NCBI GenBank assembly: GCA_030867685.1
Contig: JAQOWU010000008.1
Location: forward strand, 1,178,001-1,242,000
Length of the DNA stretch: 64,000 bases
From: Wickerhamiella versatilis
Lineage: Eukaryota
Direction of reading: 5' to 3'
Shown piece by piece: positions 51,267-59,454 of this stretch. The position numbers were made by a program, and so were the translations under genes. Numbering within the stretch: position 1 is the stretch's first letter; the number at the start of each line of letters is the position of its first letter. The notes beneath the pieces were generated by a model that saw only the letters and a program-made list of their open reading frames with translations, made no database searches and was not told the origin of the DNA.

Positions 51267-51905
51267 ATCACGTGCTTACGTAACACATAATGCCTATAAG
51301 GTTGCCGAATCGGTGTAGTCACGCAGCCCTGCTGCAGATGCCAGAAATATCATGATGGTGTGCGTACTCATATCCAATATCTAGTCAACGTACATATCTT
51401 AGTAGTCCAGGGTAACTTTTAGTAGCATTCTCCAAATTTTTATCGTCGAGCTTACGCTCCCCCCTGTCCGGTTATCAGTGCCCCCCTGCTTGGTTTGAGA
51501 CGGCTTAGATCTTTTTTTGTCAAGAAGAATAAGAATAGTGGGACCCTAGATATTTTGCATAATATCCCGGTCATACCCGCTTTGCTCTGAGCCTTCTCAC
51601 TGAGGGCAGGGGTAGTCCCACAGCTGAAATGTGTATTAGTAAATGGTTTCTTGCGACATCATTACAGCGGTGGCTAGTGAGAACCGGCGCATGCATGACT
51701 TTTGTCATCCCTCCACACCGATGTTGGACAATATTCTGCATTTTTAAACATAATTAGTTACTAGTTTGGCTTTATCGGAAATTGGGAAAATCTTTTTCTT
51801 CTCCTCAACGTTGTCTATGCTCCAACTGTCACCCCGCTGACGAGACCACAGCAAGCAAGCAAATGCATGACGTAATCAATGTGATATACTAGGCAACGTA
51901 TAAAG
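51267..51905 (+). promoter_or_regulatory. Stress-type promoter of the SCS2-like gene
   Basis: ATCACGTG 51267, TTACGTAA 51276, STRE CCCCT 51461 and 51483, AGGGG 51608, CRE-like TGACGTAA 51868, TATAAAG 51899. This is the longest intergenic region in the window. Confidence 0.45.
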
Positions 51906-51953
51906 CTTACAGGGCCCCGCAGTAGGAAGTTTGTAACAATATCTTTTTAGATC

Positions 51954-54899
51954 ATGGAGATCAGCCCACACGAGCTGAAATTCAATCAGCCTCTCGATGT
52001 GGTTACTCACAGCTCACTTCGATTGACGAACCCCTCGAAGGAGTTGCTAGTGTACAAGGTGAAGACCACCGCACCGAAGCTTTACTGTGTGCGTCCCAAC
52101 GCCGCAGCAGTTGCACCAGGTAAGTCACTCGATGTTGTGATCACTCGCCAGGCACACCCAGTGTCTTCCGGCGAGTCGAGCAAGGACAAATTCCTAATCC
52201 TTTCGTCCCCTATCGAGGAGGCTGAGCTGCAGAAGTACGATAATATTGCAGACGTCTGGCAGTCGCTGGAGCTCTCCAAGGCCAACACGAACCCACAAAA
52301 GGTCCGCGTGGTCTACGGTACTGAAGGTGGCTCAAGCCACTCAGCTCAAGGCGCAACTGCTGGTGCCGGTGCTGCGGGTGCCGGTGCTGGTGCCGCCGGT
52401 GCTGCACATGGGTCTTCTGAGCACGCTAATACTTCGACTACCGGGTACAATGCCCCCTCATCTGTTAATGGCGGTTATGGTACTGCCAACAAGTCACTAA
52501 ACTCGAACTACAGCGAAGCTGAACATGAGCAATATGGGTCCCAACCACAGTCTGCAGGAACCGGTGCCGGTGCCGGTGCTGGTGCTGGTGCTGGTGCTGG
52601 TGCTGCTGGTTACGAGCAATCTCCTTCGAGTGCAAAGGGTTCGTTTGGTGCCTCAGCCTCTTCCTCTGGTCCCCAGGCGTCTCCCAGTAAGGCCAAAACG
52701 GGCCCCGAACTCACTGTGGATGATATTCAGGGAACACCAGGTGTGCCACCCAAGAGCCAACTTGTAGACGAAGGTAATGCAAAGACAGGACCAAGTCTGA
52801 AAAAGGTTGGAGATTACTCGGATAAGCCCGCACCTCCCCCTGCTATGGAGAAACCTTCCGAAGGCGCAGCTGGAGGACTTGATGATTCAAAGGGTCCAGA
52901 GGTTCCAGAGGGCAAGTTTGATAGACGTGCTGATCTTGGCGACGAAAGCAAAGAGGGTGCGAAGACCCGCGAAACCTCGGATTCTAAACCCGATACTAAA
53001 GATTTGAAGTATGATAGTACTGGTGCACCTATTCATGAGGATGAGGAGAGCGGATCTAGCACCACTCAGCAGGTTAAGGATACTGCCAGCAGCTACACTG
53101 GAGCGGCAGCAGGTGCAGTAGGCGCTGCAGCGGGCGCAGTCGGTGCAGCCGTTGGCGGTCTTTTCGGCAGCAGGAAATCTGAAGATGAGTCTAGGGAAGT
53201 TCCAGAGGGTGAACAGAAGTCATCGGAAAAACTTCCTGACTTCTCTGGCCAGAAGGGACAATTCTCTCCTGAAGGTGTCGATTCTAGTGACTTGAGTAAG
53301 ACTGTCAAGGACAAGGAGAGTTCGATTGGTGGTCTTGGCGGAAAAGGTCCTAGTTCTGGGTTCGATGCTGGCGACATTGGTAAGACTGTGAAGGACAAGG
53401 AAAGCTCGCTTGGTGGCAGTGGAAAGGCACCTGGTTCTGGATTTGATGCTGGCGACGTTGGTAAGACTGTGAAGGACAAGGAAAGCTCGCTTGGTGGCAG
53501 TGGAAAGGCACCTAGTTCCGGATTCGATGCTGGCGATGTTGGTAAGACCGTCAAGGACAAGGAAAGCTCGCTTGGTGGCAGTGGAAAGGCACCTGGTTCC
53601 GGATTCGATGCTGGCGACGTTGGTAAGACTGTCAAGGACAAAGAAAGCTCGTTGGGCGGTCCAAGTGGTAAACCCTCTGGTTCTGGGCTTGACACTGGTG
53701 CTTCGTTTGGCGGTCCTCAAGGAGGAAGCAAGGGCCTCGATTCACAGGCGGGTGCTGGAGCCGGACTTGGTGCTGCCGGCGGAGTTGCTGCTGGCGGAGC
53801 TGCTGGCGGAGCTGCCTCGGGAGGCAGTGGCGGCGGCTTCAATGCTGGTGCCCTTGGAGATCAATTCAAGAACTTAGACATCTCAAAGGCCAAGGACTAT
53901 GTGCCAGAGGAGCACAAGGGCAAGGTTGATATGGCTCAGGGCTATATCGACAAGGCAAAGACTGGTGATCTCAAGGGTGCATTGCCAGAGGATCTCCAGA
54001 ATAAGTATTCCCAGGTTGAGGGCAAGATTCCCGATGGGGCAAAGCAGAAGGCAGGCGAAGTCTTGGGTGGAGCTGGTCTAGGAGGAGCTCTTGGCGGAGC
54101 TGCCGGTGGAGCTGCCGGTGGAGCTTCTGGTGGAGCTTCTGGTGGAGCCGCTGGTGATAAGGGCATTTCCGGTGGCCCTGGCTACGGTGGCTCTGGTGCT
54201 GGCTCTGGCGCTGGCTCTGGCGGCTATGGTGGCTACGGTGGCTCTGATTCTACTGCACCCAATTTTAATGAGAAAGATCTCAAGTCAGAGTCTGGCGTTC
54301 CTGACTTCAAGGGTGGTGCCCCGAGTGGAACTCCAGGTGCAAGTGGAGATCTGAGTAGCGGCGGTGGCCCTAAATCTTCTGGAATTGGATCTGAAAAGCT
54401 TCCATCTGATAACTTGGGTGGTGCAGGCTCTAAGGGTAAATTCGTAGAGAAGAACTTGGACTCTGGTGACTTGAAGAATACAGCTTCTAGCGTGCAGAAG
54501 GATGCGAAGTCAGGTGACTACAAGGGTGCTGCTAATGATGTTGCAGGTGCTCTAGGCGGAGTAGGCGCCGCAGGTGCCGCAGGAGGCCTTGGCTCATCGG
54601 CAGGTAAGAGTTCCTTAGGTGTTTCTGACAGCCAAGACAGCAGCAGTGTCAAGAGCGGACTTTCCGGCTTTGAAAAGACAATTTCAGGGCCTGCCGCATC
54701 GGCAGGTGGTGCCTACGGATCCAGAGATCCTAGTAATTATGCAGCCGCACAAGCGGAAAAGGAGTCGGGCGGCTTGGTTACCGGAGAGCAACCCTCATCC
54801 TCTGGTTCTCAACTGCAAGTAACAGAGCAGCAGGTTCCTCTGCCTACTGTATTCTTGATTGCTTTGATTGCTTTCCTTGTGGGCTGGAAGTTTTTCTAA
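51954..54899 (+). CDS. SCS2: Giant VAP/Scs2-family ER tether (MSP domain, long G/A/S-rich spacer, C-terminal TM)
   Basis: YKVKTTAPKLYCVRPN and KDKFLI MSP signature; tail anchor VFLIALIAFLVGWKFF. Confidence 0.8.
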   Translation: MEISPHELKFNQPLDVVTHSSLRLTNPSKELLVYKVKTTAPKLYCVRPNAAAVAPGKSLDVVITRQAHPVSSGESSKDKFLILSSPIEEAELQKYDNIADVWQSLELSKANTNPQKVRVVYGTEGGSSHSAQGATAGAGAAGAGAGAAGAAHGSSEHANTSTTGYNAPSSVNGGYGTANKSLNSNYSEAEHEQYGSQPQSAGTGAGAGAGAGAGAGAAGYEQSPSSAKGSFGASASSSGPQASPSKAKTGPELTVDDIQGTPGVPPKSQLVDEGNAKTGPSLKKVGDYSDKPAPPPAMEKPSEGAAGGLDDSKGPEVPEGKFDRRADLGDESKEGAKTRETSDSKPDTKDLKYDSTGAPIHEDEESGSSTTQQVKDTASSYTGAAAGAVGAAAGAVGAAVGGLFGSRKSEDESREVPEGEQKSSEKLPDFSGQKGQFSPEGVDSSDLSKTVKDKESSIGGLGGKGPSSGFDAGDIGKTVKDKESSLGGSGKAPGSGFDAGDVGKTVKDKESSLGGSGKAPSSGFDAGDVGKTVKDKESSLGGSGKAPGSGFDAGDVGKTVKDKESSLGGPSGKPSGSGLDTGASFGGPQGGSKGLDSQAGAGAGLGAAGGVAAGGAAGGAASGGSGGGFNAGALGDQFKNLDISKAKDYVPEEHKGKVDMAQGYIDKAKTGDLKGALPEDLQNKYSQVEGKIPDGAKQKAGEVLGGAGLGGALGGAAGGAAGGASGGASGGAAGDKGISGGPGYGGSGAGSGAGSGGYGGYGGSDSTAPNFNEKDLKSESGVPDFKGGAPSGTPGASGDLSSGGGPKSSGIGSEKLPSDNLGGAGSKGKFVEKNLDSGDLKNTASSVQKDAKSGDYKGAANDVAGALGGVGAAGAAGGLGSSAGKSSLGVSDSQDSSSVKSGLSGFEKTISGPAASAGGAYGSRDPSNYAAAQAEKESGGLVTGEQPSSSGSQLQVTEQQVPLPTVFLIALIAFLVGWKFF
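52562..52610 (+). repeat. (GGTGCY)n coding repeat encoding a Gly-Ala run
   Basis: ggtgccggtgccggtgctggtgctggtgctggtgct... Confidence 0.8.
53298..53700 (+). repeat. Coding minisatellite of about five 81-bp units (27 aa, KTVKDKESSLGGSGKAPGSGFDAGDVG)
   Basis: Units start at 53298, 53382, 53463, 53544 and 53625 (spacing 84, 81, 81, 81). The central units are near-identical. Confidence 0.95.
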
Positions 54900-55066
54900 G
54901 TGCTGTTGCCAATTTTCTCAAAAATCTAGGTAATTTACGTTGCATTTACGAGCTGATTTGAGTCTTGAGGTGAATGCTACATATACATAAATCTGAAGAA
55001 TTAAGTAAATCTGTGATTATATAACATTGTGACACTAGGTAGGAGCTCAGGCCAGTCTTACTGGTG

Positions 55067-55624
55067 ATGGCCGCGAGCGAAATTAGCGGCCTAGAGAGCG
55101 ATGATGGAAGTGACAGTGATCAATTTGAATTCCTGGCAGATGCCACAAGCGAATCTCGAAGCTCTTCAGAAGTCGAAGATTTGCGGAAGATCGAAAATTG
55201 GGAAGACATTGAGGATTCAAGACAGTATTTGGCTGAACAACATGAGGCTAATTTCACCTCTATGGTACAAAACATGGAAAGGAGAGCGGCAGATGATCCA
55301 GACGAAGGTGAGACCATCGACCTGATAACATTACGACCTGTCAAGGCTCCCCGGAGAGACTACCCAGATCCATGGAAATCCTCAGAGGACAAGAATAGGA
55401 TCGAAGGGCCACCAAATCTGTTGGAATTGGAAGATTCTATTGATTCAGAGTCCGATGAAAGTGATTCACTATCCGTTGCCGCCGAAGATGAAGAAGTAGG
55501 TATTGTGGAGGCCAATGCTACTCAATCAATCCAACCCACCCCTTTTCATACTGCATGCATTTCAGGATCCAATCTTCTTGACCGAGTGGTAACAGAACTT
55601 ATAGCAATAGCCAATAGTTCCTAA
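55067..55624 (+). CDS. Acidic protein, possibly a divergent Scm3 (CENP-A chaperone)
   Basis: An amphipathic helix followed by DEGETIDLIT resembles the Scm3 G-D/E-x-I/V-D-L-x-T motif. The rest is acidic and disordered. ATG at 55067. Confidence 0.45.
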   Translation: MAASEISGLESDDGSDSDQFEFLADATSESRSSSEVEDLRKIENWEDIEDSRQYLAEQHEANFTSMVQNMERRAADDPDEGETIDLITLRPVKAPRRDYPDPWKSSEDKNRIEGPPNLLELEDSIDSESDESDSLSVAAEDEEVGIVEANATQSIQPTPFHTACISGSNLLDRVVTELIAIANSS

Positions 55625-55633
55625 TTCTTAGTT

Positions 55634-55640
55634 GGTGGCG
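55634..55640 (+). promoter_or_regulatory. PACE/Rpn4-like core GGTGGC upstream of RPN9
   Basis: GGTGGCG in the 35-bp spacer, about 20 bp before the ATG of a proteasome subunit gene. Confidence 0.45.
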
Positions 55641-55659
55641 CTTCACCTTTTTTGTCAGC

Positions 55660-56805
55660 ATGGCTGTCGACACGCTCACAGTGTTGTCGAGTCTTCGACA
55701 AAGTTGCGACGAGAAGCTTGCACCTCTTTTTTTCCAAATAGAAGACTTATGGGAGCGTAAGCTTTGGCATCAGTTGACTGATACTCTAGTGGAGCTGTAC
55801 AGGGATGAGTCCAGCGCACCAATCAGGAAGCCACTCTTTGAACGGTTTGTTGCGCCGCTTTCAGAGAATATGAACCAACTTGCTTATGTTGGGCTTGGCA
55901 TTAAAGCTAGTGAGGAGTGTAGCAGCCCTCAAGAGGCACTGGACTTCCTTAACTCTATTGGGAAGAAAGTGGATAAGGATGAAATTCGTGATGTACATGT
56001 TTATCTTGAGCTACGTATCGCCTCTATATATGTTCAGCTAAATGATGCTGGAGCGGCTAAGAAGATACTTGATCGTGCAAAGCGATTAGTTGACGATATG
56101 GAGATTGCGGATCCTGTTATTGCTGCTGCATATTACGGTACTGCTTGCGAATATTTCAAGAGCAGGGCAGCCTACAGCAATTACTATAGACATGCGCTTC
56201 TTTATCTAGCCTGCATCGATCACAACAGTCTCACACCAGTGCACTTACAGCAAAGGGCGTACGACCTTGCCGTCGCTGCTCTTCTTGGTGATTCAATTTA
56301 TAACTTTGGTGAGCTAATCTTACATCCCATTTTGGCCGCTTTGGATGGAAAATACTCCTGGTTACGTGAACTCATACTGGCAGTTAACTATGGCAATATC
56401 ACTCGTTTCCAGGAGTTGAAGCCAGAGCTTTCCAAAGCACCGCTACTTGCAGGCGCTGTGCCATTCTTGGAACAAAAGATATGCTTGATGGCTTTGTGTG
56501 AATGCGTCTTTAAGCGTGCCACGGCGGATCGGACCCTGAGCTTCGATACCATTGCGAAAGAAACACATCTACAAGTAGGTGCTAAAGTTGAGGTGCTGGT
56601 CATGAAAGCATTTTCGATTGGGCTGCTGCGCGGATCGATCGATCAGGTGTCACGATTAGTGAGTATAACCTGGCTGCAACCTCGGATTCTCGATAAGGAG
56701 CAAGTCCGAACAATGCGCGCAAAAGTCAGTCAGTGGGACAGAGATGTTGAGAATTTGGGTCACTGGATGCAGACTGAAGGCCGCGACGTATGGTCGGCGG
56801 CATAA
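55660..56805 (+). CDS. RPN9: 26S proteasome lid subunit Rpn9
   Basis: EDLWERKLWHQLT, ALLYLAC, ALLGDSIYNFGEL.LHPIL, EQKICLMAL and a PCI domain with GSIDQV..TWLQPR. Confidence 0.95.
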   Translation: MAVDTLTVLSSLRQSCDEKLAPLFFQIEDLWERKLWHQLTDTLVELYRDESSAPIRKPLFERFVAPLSENMNQLAYVGLGIKASEECSSPQEALDFLNSIGKKVDKDEIRDVHVYLELRIASIYVQLNDAGAAKKILDRAKRLVDDMEIADPVIAAAYYGTACEYFKSRAAYSNYYRHALLYLACIDHNSLTPVHLQQRAYDLAVAALLGDSIYNFGELILHPILAALDGKYSWLRELILAVNYGNITRFQELKPELSKAPLLAGAVPFLEQKICLMALCECVFKRATADRTLSFDTIAKETHLQVGAKVEVLVMKAFSIGLLRGSIDQVSRLVSITWLQPRILDKEQVRTMRAKVSQWDRDVENLGHWMQTEGRDVWSAA

Positions 56806-56821
56806 ATGTAGTGTAGTACTT

Positions 56822-57454
56822 CTAGGGCTTTATGATAAGTGAACAAGGGCCTTCGTACTTTAATGTTTTCTTTTGTGTGGCCTCTACCCCTTTGTTCTTT
56901 AAATAGGTCCAATACCTTTTTCCCCAAATTTCCTTTCCAGACCAGGGAAGTGTCCAGGGAAGTGTCCAGGGAAGCGGTTGGCGTTTCGTCACCAGCTGGT
57001 ACACATGTGAAGTAGCCCTTGAGATTTTACTGATGACGTGGACTAGCTTATTTGCAAGCCATCGAGTCCACGCTACCATCACATCAAGTCTGGTATCAAA
57101 GTGAACCTCTTTGGGCGGTCCAGTACCTAGTGAACATGCAACGACTTTCGATGGTTTGACAAAAAATTGTGACCCCTCCGGGACATCCACACAATACATG
57201 CCACCAGGGGCACTGACGGCAAAATCATCACTGGTCCGAAGCATTAATGAGTTAGATGGTACCCATTGGCGGCGATTCAGGATACTAGGAAAACCAGAAC
57301 CACCCACAAGAAATTCTGGGGAATTATCAGCAATTTTATTTCCCTTAACCGAGATCCTGGATTCACACGCGATAATCCTGCCACTTAACAGTTCCACACT
57401 AGCTGCTTTAGCGACACGGACTGCACAACCAGGCGCTCCAAGAACCGTGATCAT
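56822..57454 (-). CDS. Aim24-like protein (short, possibly only the N-terminal half)
   Basis: N-terminal VLGAP.C..V and C-terminal YEGPCSLII resemble Aim24 segments. The similarity is weak. Confidence 0.45.
   Translation of the reverse strand: MITVLGAPGCAVRVAKAASVELLSGRIIACESRISVKGNKIADNSPEFLVGGSGFPSILNRRQWVPSNSLMLRTSDDFAVSAPGGMYCVDVPEGSQFFVKPSKVVACSLGTGPPKEVHFDTRLDVMVAWTRWLANKLVHVISKISRATSHVYQLVTKRQPLPWTLPWTLPWSGKEIWGKRYWTYLKNKGVEATQKKTLKYEGPCSLIIKP
56942..56974. repeat. 12-bp tandem repeat (ccagggaagtgt x2.75), in frame as LPWT
   Basis: Read directly; it encodes LPWTLPWTLPW on the minus strand. Confidence 0.85.
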
Positions 57455-57684
57455 ATTACCTAAACTTATTGTGTACTCTGAATATCTATCTAAGTTTAAA
57501 AAAGAATGAATAAATCTAAAGATTATCTTCTGTTATCAATATAATAAAATAACAATTGAGCATACTTGGAGTCTACTAGAGTCTGCTAGATGCAATCAAA
57601 AGATAGGACACTATTCATTAAACATATAACCTTGAACTTCCAGGAGCCCTTGCAAATATACACTTAACAGCTCAAGTCAGTCCA

Positions 57685-58518
57685 CTAAAAACGGTTTCCG
57701 CCGCCAGGATTGCTCTTCTTCGAAAATTCAACGTGCATGATAAGATGATCGAGAGGCTTACCATCACATATGTCACGAGCCCGCTCAGCCTGAGCCGCAG
57801 TCTCAAATGTGACGAAGGCAAAGCCACGTCCTTGTCCGGTCATACGATCGCGAACAACATGGCAACGCTTGACACGTCCAAACTTCGAAAAAAGCATGCG
57901 CAATGCCATATCTTGGGCATTCTCGGGAATATTCGACACACGTAGAGTATTTTCATCGCGATCATCCATAGGTCCACGCCCAGGTGGTGGTATGACACCT
58001 CCACGGAGACTTGGGGGCTGATACCGGCCTGGTGCACCACCTGGAACTCCACCAAGAGGCGGAGTCATGACACCTGGACTGCCTTCCAGGCCAGGGCTTG
58101 GCTCTTCGATACCTCCAAGCTTATCCTTGAAGGGACACTTATGAGTGAAATGCTCACCTCCGCATGTTCGGCAGTGCACACCGGTCATAACCGCTGCCTT
58201 CTTCACCGGAGCGTCCTCCTCAGCCTGCTTGTCAGGTTTAGCGCTCTTGGGTGACAGACGAAGTATAACCTCCTCACCATAATCCGGCTTATACTCAGCT
58301 CCTTTCCGAGCACGAGCATCTTCAACAGCCAGTCCATAGCGAGCCCAACCATGGCGTGACGCTACTGCGGCCGAGACTGCTGAGGCCTCAACAGCATGCT
58401 CCCTTATTTTACGAGTAACTTTAATTTTCTTGCCATCATCAATGCGGAAGCTCACAATAGTTTTTGTACCATCCGCATTATTGGTTACCTGCGGAGCAGG
58501 TAAAGCAGCGGTTGCCAT
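57685..58518 (-). CDS. TIF35: Translation initiation factor eIF3 subunit g
   Basis: NADGTKTIVS, CRTCGGEHFTHKCPF zinc knuckle, YQPPSLR and a C-terminal RRM (TLRVSN, RGFAFV). Confidence 0.95.
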   Translation of the reverse strand: MATAALPAPQVTNNADGTKTIVSFRIDDGKKIKVTRKIREHAVEASAVSAAVASRHGWARYGLAVEDARARKGAEYKPDYGEEVILRLSPKSAKPDKQAEEDAPVKKAAVMTGVHCRTCGGEHFTHKCPFKDKLGGIEEPSPGLEGSPGVMTPPLGGVPGGAPGRYQPPSLRGGVIPPPGRGPMDDRDENTLRVSNIPENAQDMALRMLFSKFGRVKRCHVVRDRMTGQGRGFAFVTFETAAQAERARDICDGKPLDHLIMHVEFSKKSNPGGGNRF

Positions 58519-58663
58519 TCTCTAACTGAAAAAAGAATTAGTCAGCCTACGTACAATACTTATATTAGAGTGACTATGCCGTTTAGTGTGCAATTTAGAG
58601 CAAAAGAAGAGTACAATTCAACTTTTTTTCCTTGCCTCTGTACTTTTTAGAGTATGCCTTTCT

Positions 58664-59269
58664 TTACTTATGAGTCTTGAAAGTTACTTTTCGATTTTTC
58701 TGATGAAGACTTTTACCTTTGTACTGATTTTTTGAGTGTTTATCCGGTTTGTAGCAAAGCCCACCGAGGATGGTACCTATAGCACAGCCAGCATACCCAC
58801 CAATAAGTATGGTGATAGGCCATGTCTGCCAAGGCCGATCCCAATCGAGCGCTATTGGTAACGCGCCCAGCCAGGCACCGAACACCGTGCCTAGTGAACC
58901 GGTATAAACATCAGTTAAGGGAAACTGTAATGCAAGAGCTTGGAACCAAGAATCGCTATCTAGCCCTAGGTCGCTGACCAGTGGCTGTACAGCCAAGATT
59001 GTTAGATGTAAAGAAGCAAGAATAGTCTCCTGCTGCAACATACTAACCGGTGCGCCAAAAAGTATCAGTACAATGACAATGAAAGGCATGAGGAATATAC
59101 TCAGAATCGAGCTCAATAGCGACGAGAAGAAATCACCGCTGCGGATCCAACTTCGTATTATTTGCAATAATCCAACAACTAGTGCACCGTAGATGAGTGT
59201 TTTTTTGAGCTGTTCTTCTAAAAGTGGTTCCGCGAGCAAACAGGCTCCTAAAACCGCAGCAAACAACAT
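58664..59269 (-). CDS. GPI11: GPI biosynthesis protein PIG-F
   Basis: LILFGAP, ET...SLH and GAWLGALPIALDWDRPWQTWPI. Confidence 0.92.
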   Translation of the reverse strand: MLFAAVLGACLLAEPLLEEQLKKTLIYGALVVGLLQIIRSWIRSGDFFSSLLSSILSIFLMPFIVIVLILFGAPVSMLQQETILASLHLTILAVQPLVSDLGLDSDSWFQALALQFPLTDVYTGSLGTVFGAWLGALPIALDWDRPWQTWPITILIGGYAGCAIGTILGGLCYKPDKHSKNQYKGKSLHQKNRKVTFKTHK

Positions 59270-59454
59270 TCAACTAACAAGCTCGAACGTGTCTAGGGGT
59301 GTGTGTAATCAAGGAATGCATGCAGACTCTGGAAGATGCACCATCGGATTGCACGAGAAAGATTTATATTATTACCAGTTCTAGTATACCATAGGCCTAT
59401 GAATTCACACATTCATCAGCTGGTGGTAATTAATGCGAATAACGTGAAATAGAT

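Noticed and set aside
52120-52126. Perfect GTAAGT donor in the SCS2-like gene
   Set aside because: It lies inside the conserved in-frame MSP domain, and no matching branch point or acceptor was found.
53093-53720. 200-aa and 166-aa antisense ORFs in the VAP repeat
   Set aside because: They arise from a GC-rich tandem repeat lacking antisense stop codons.
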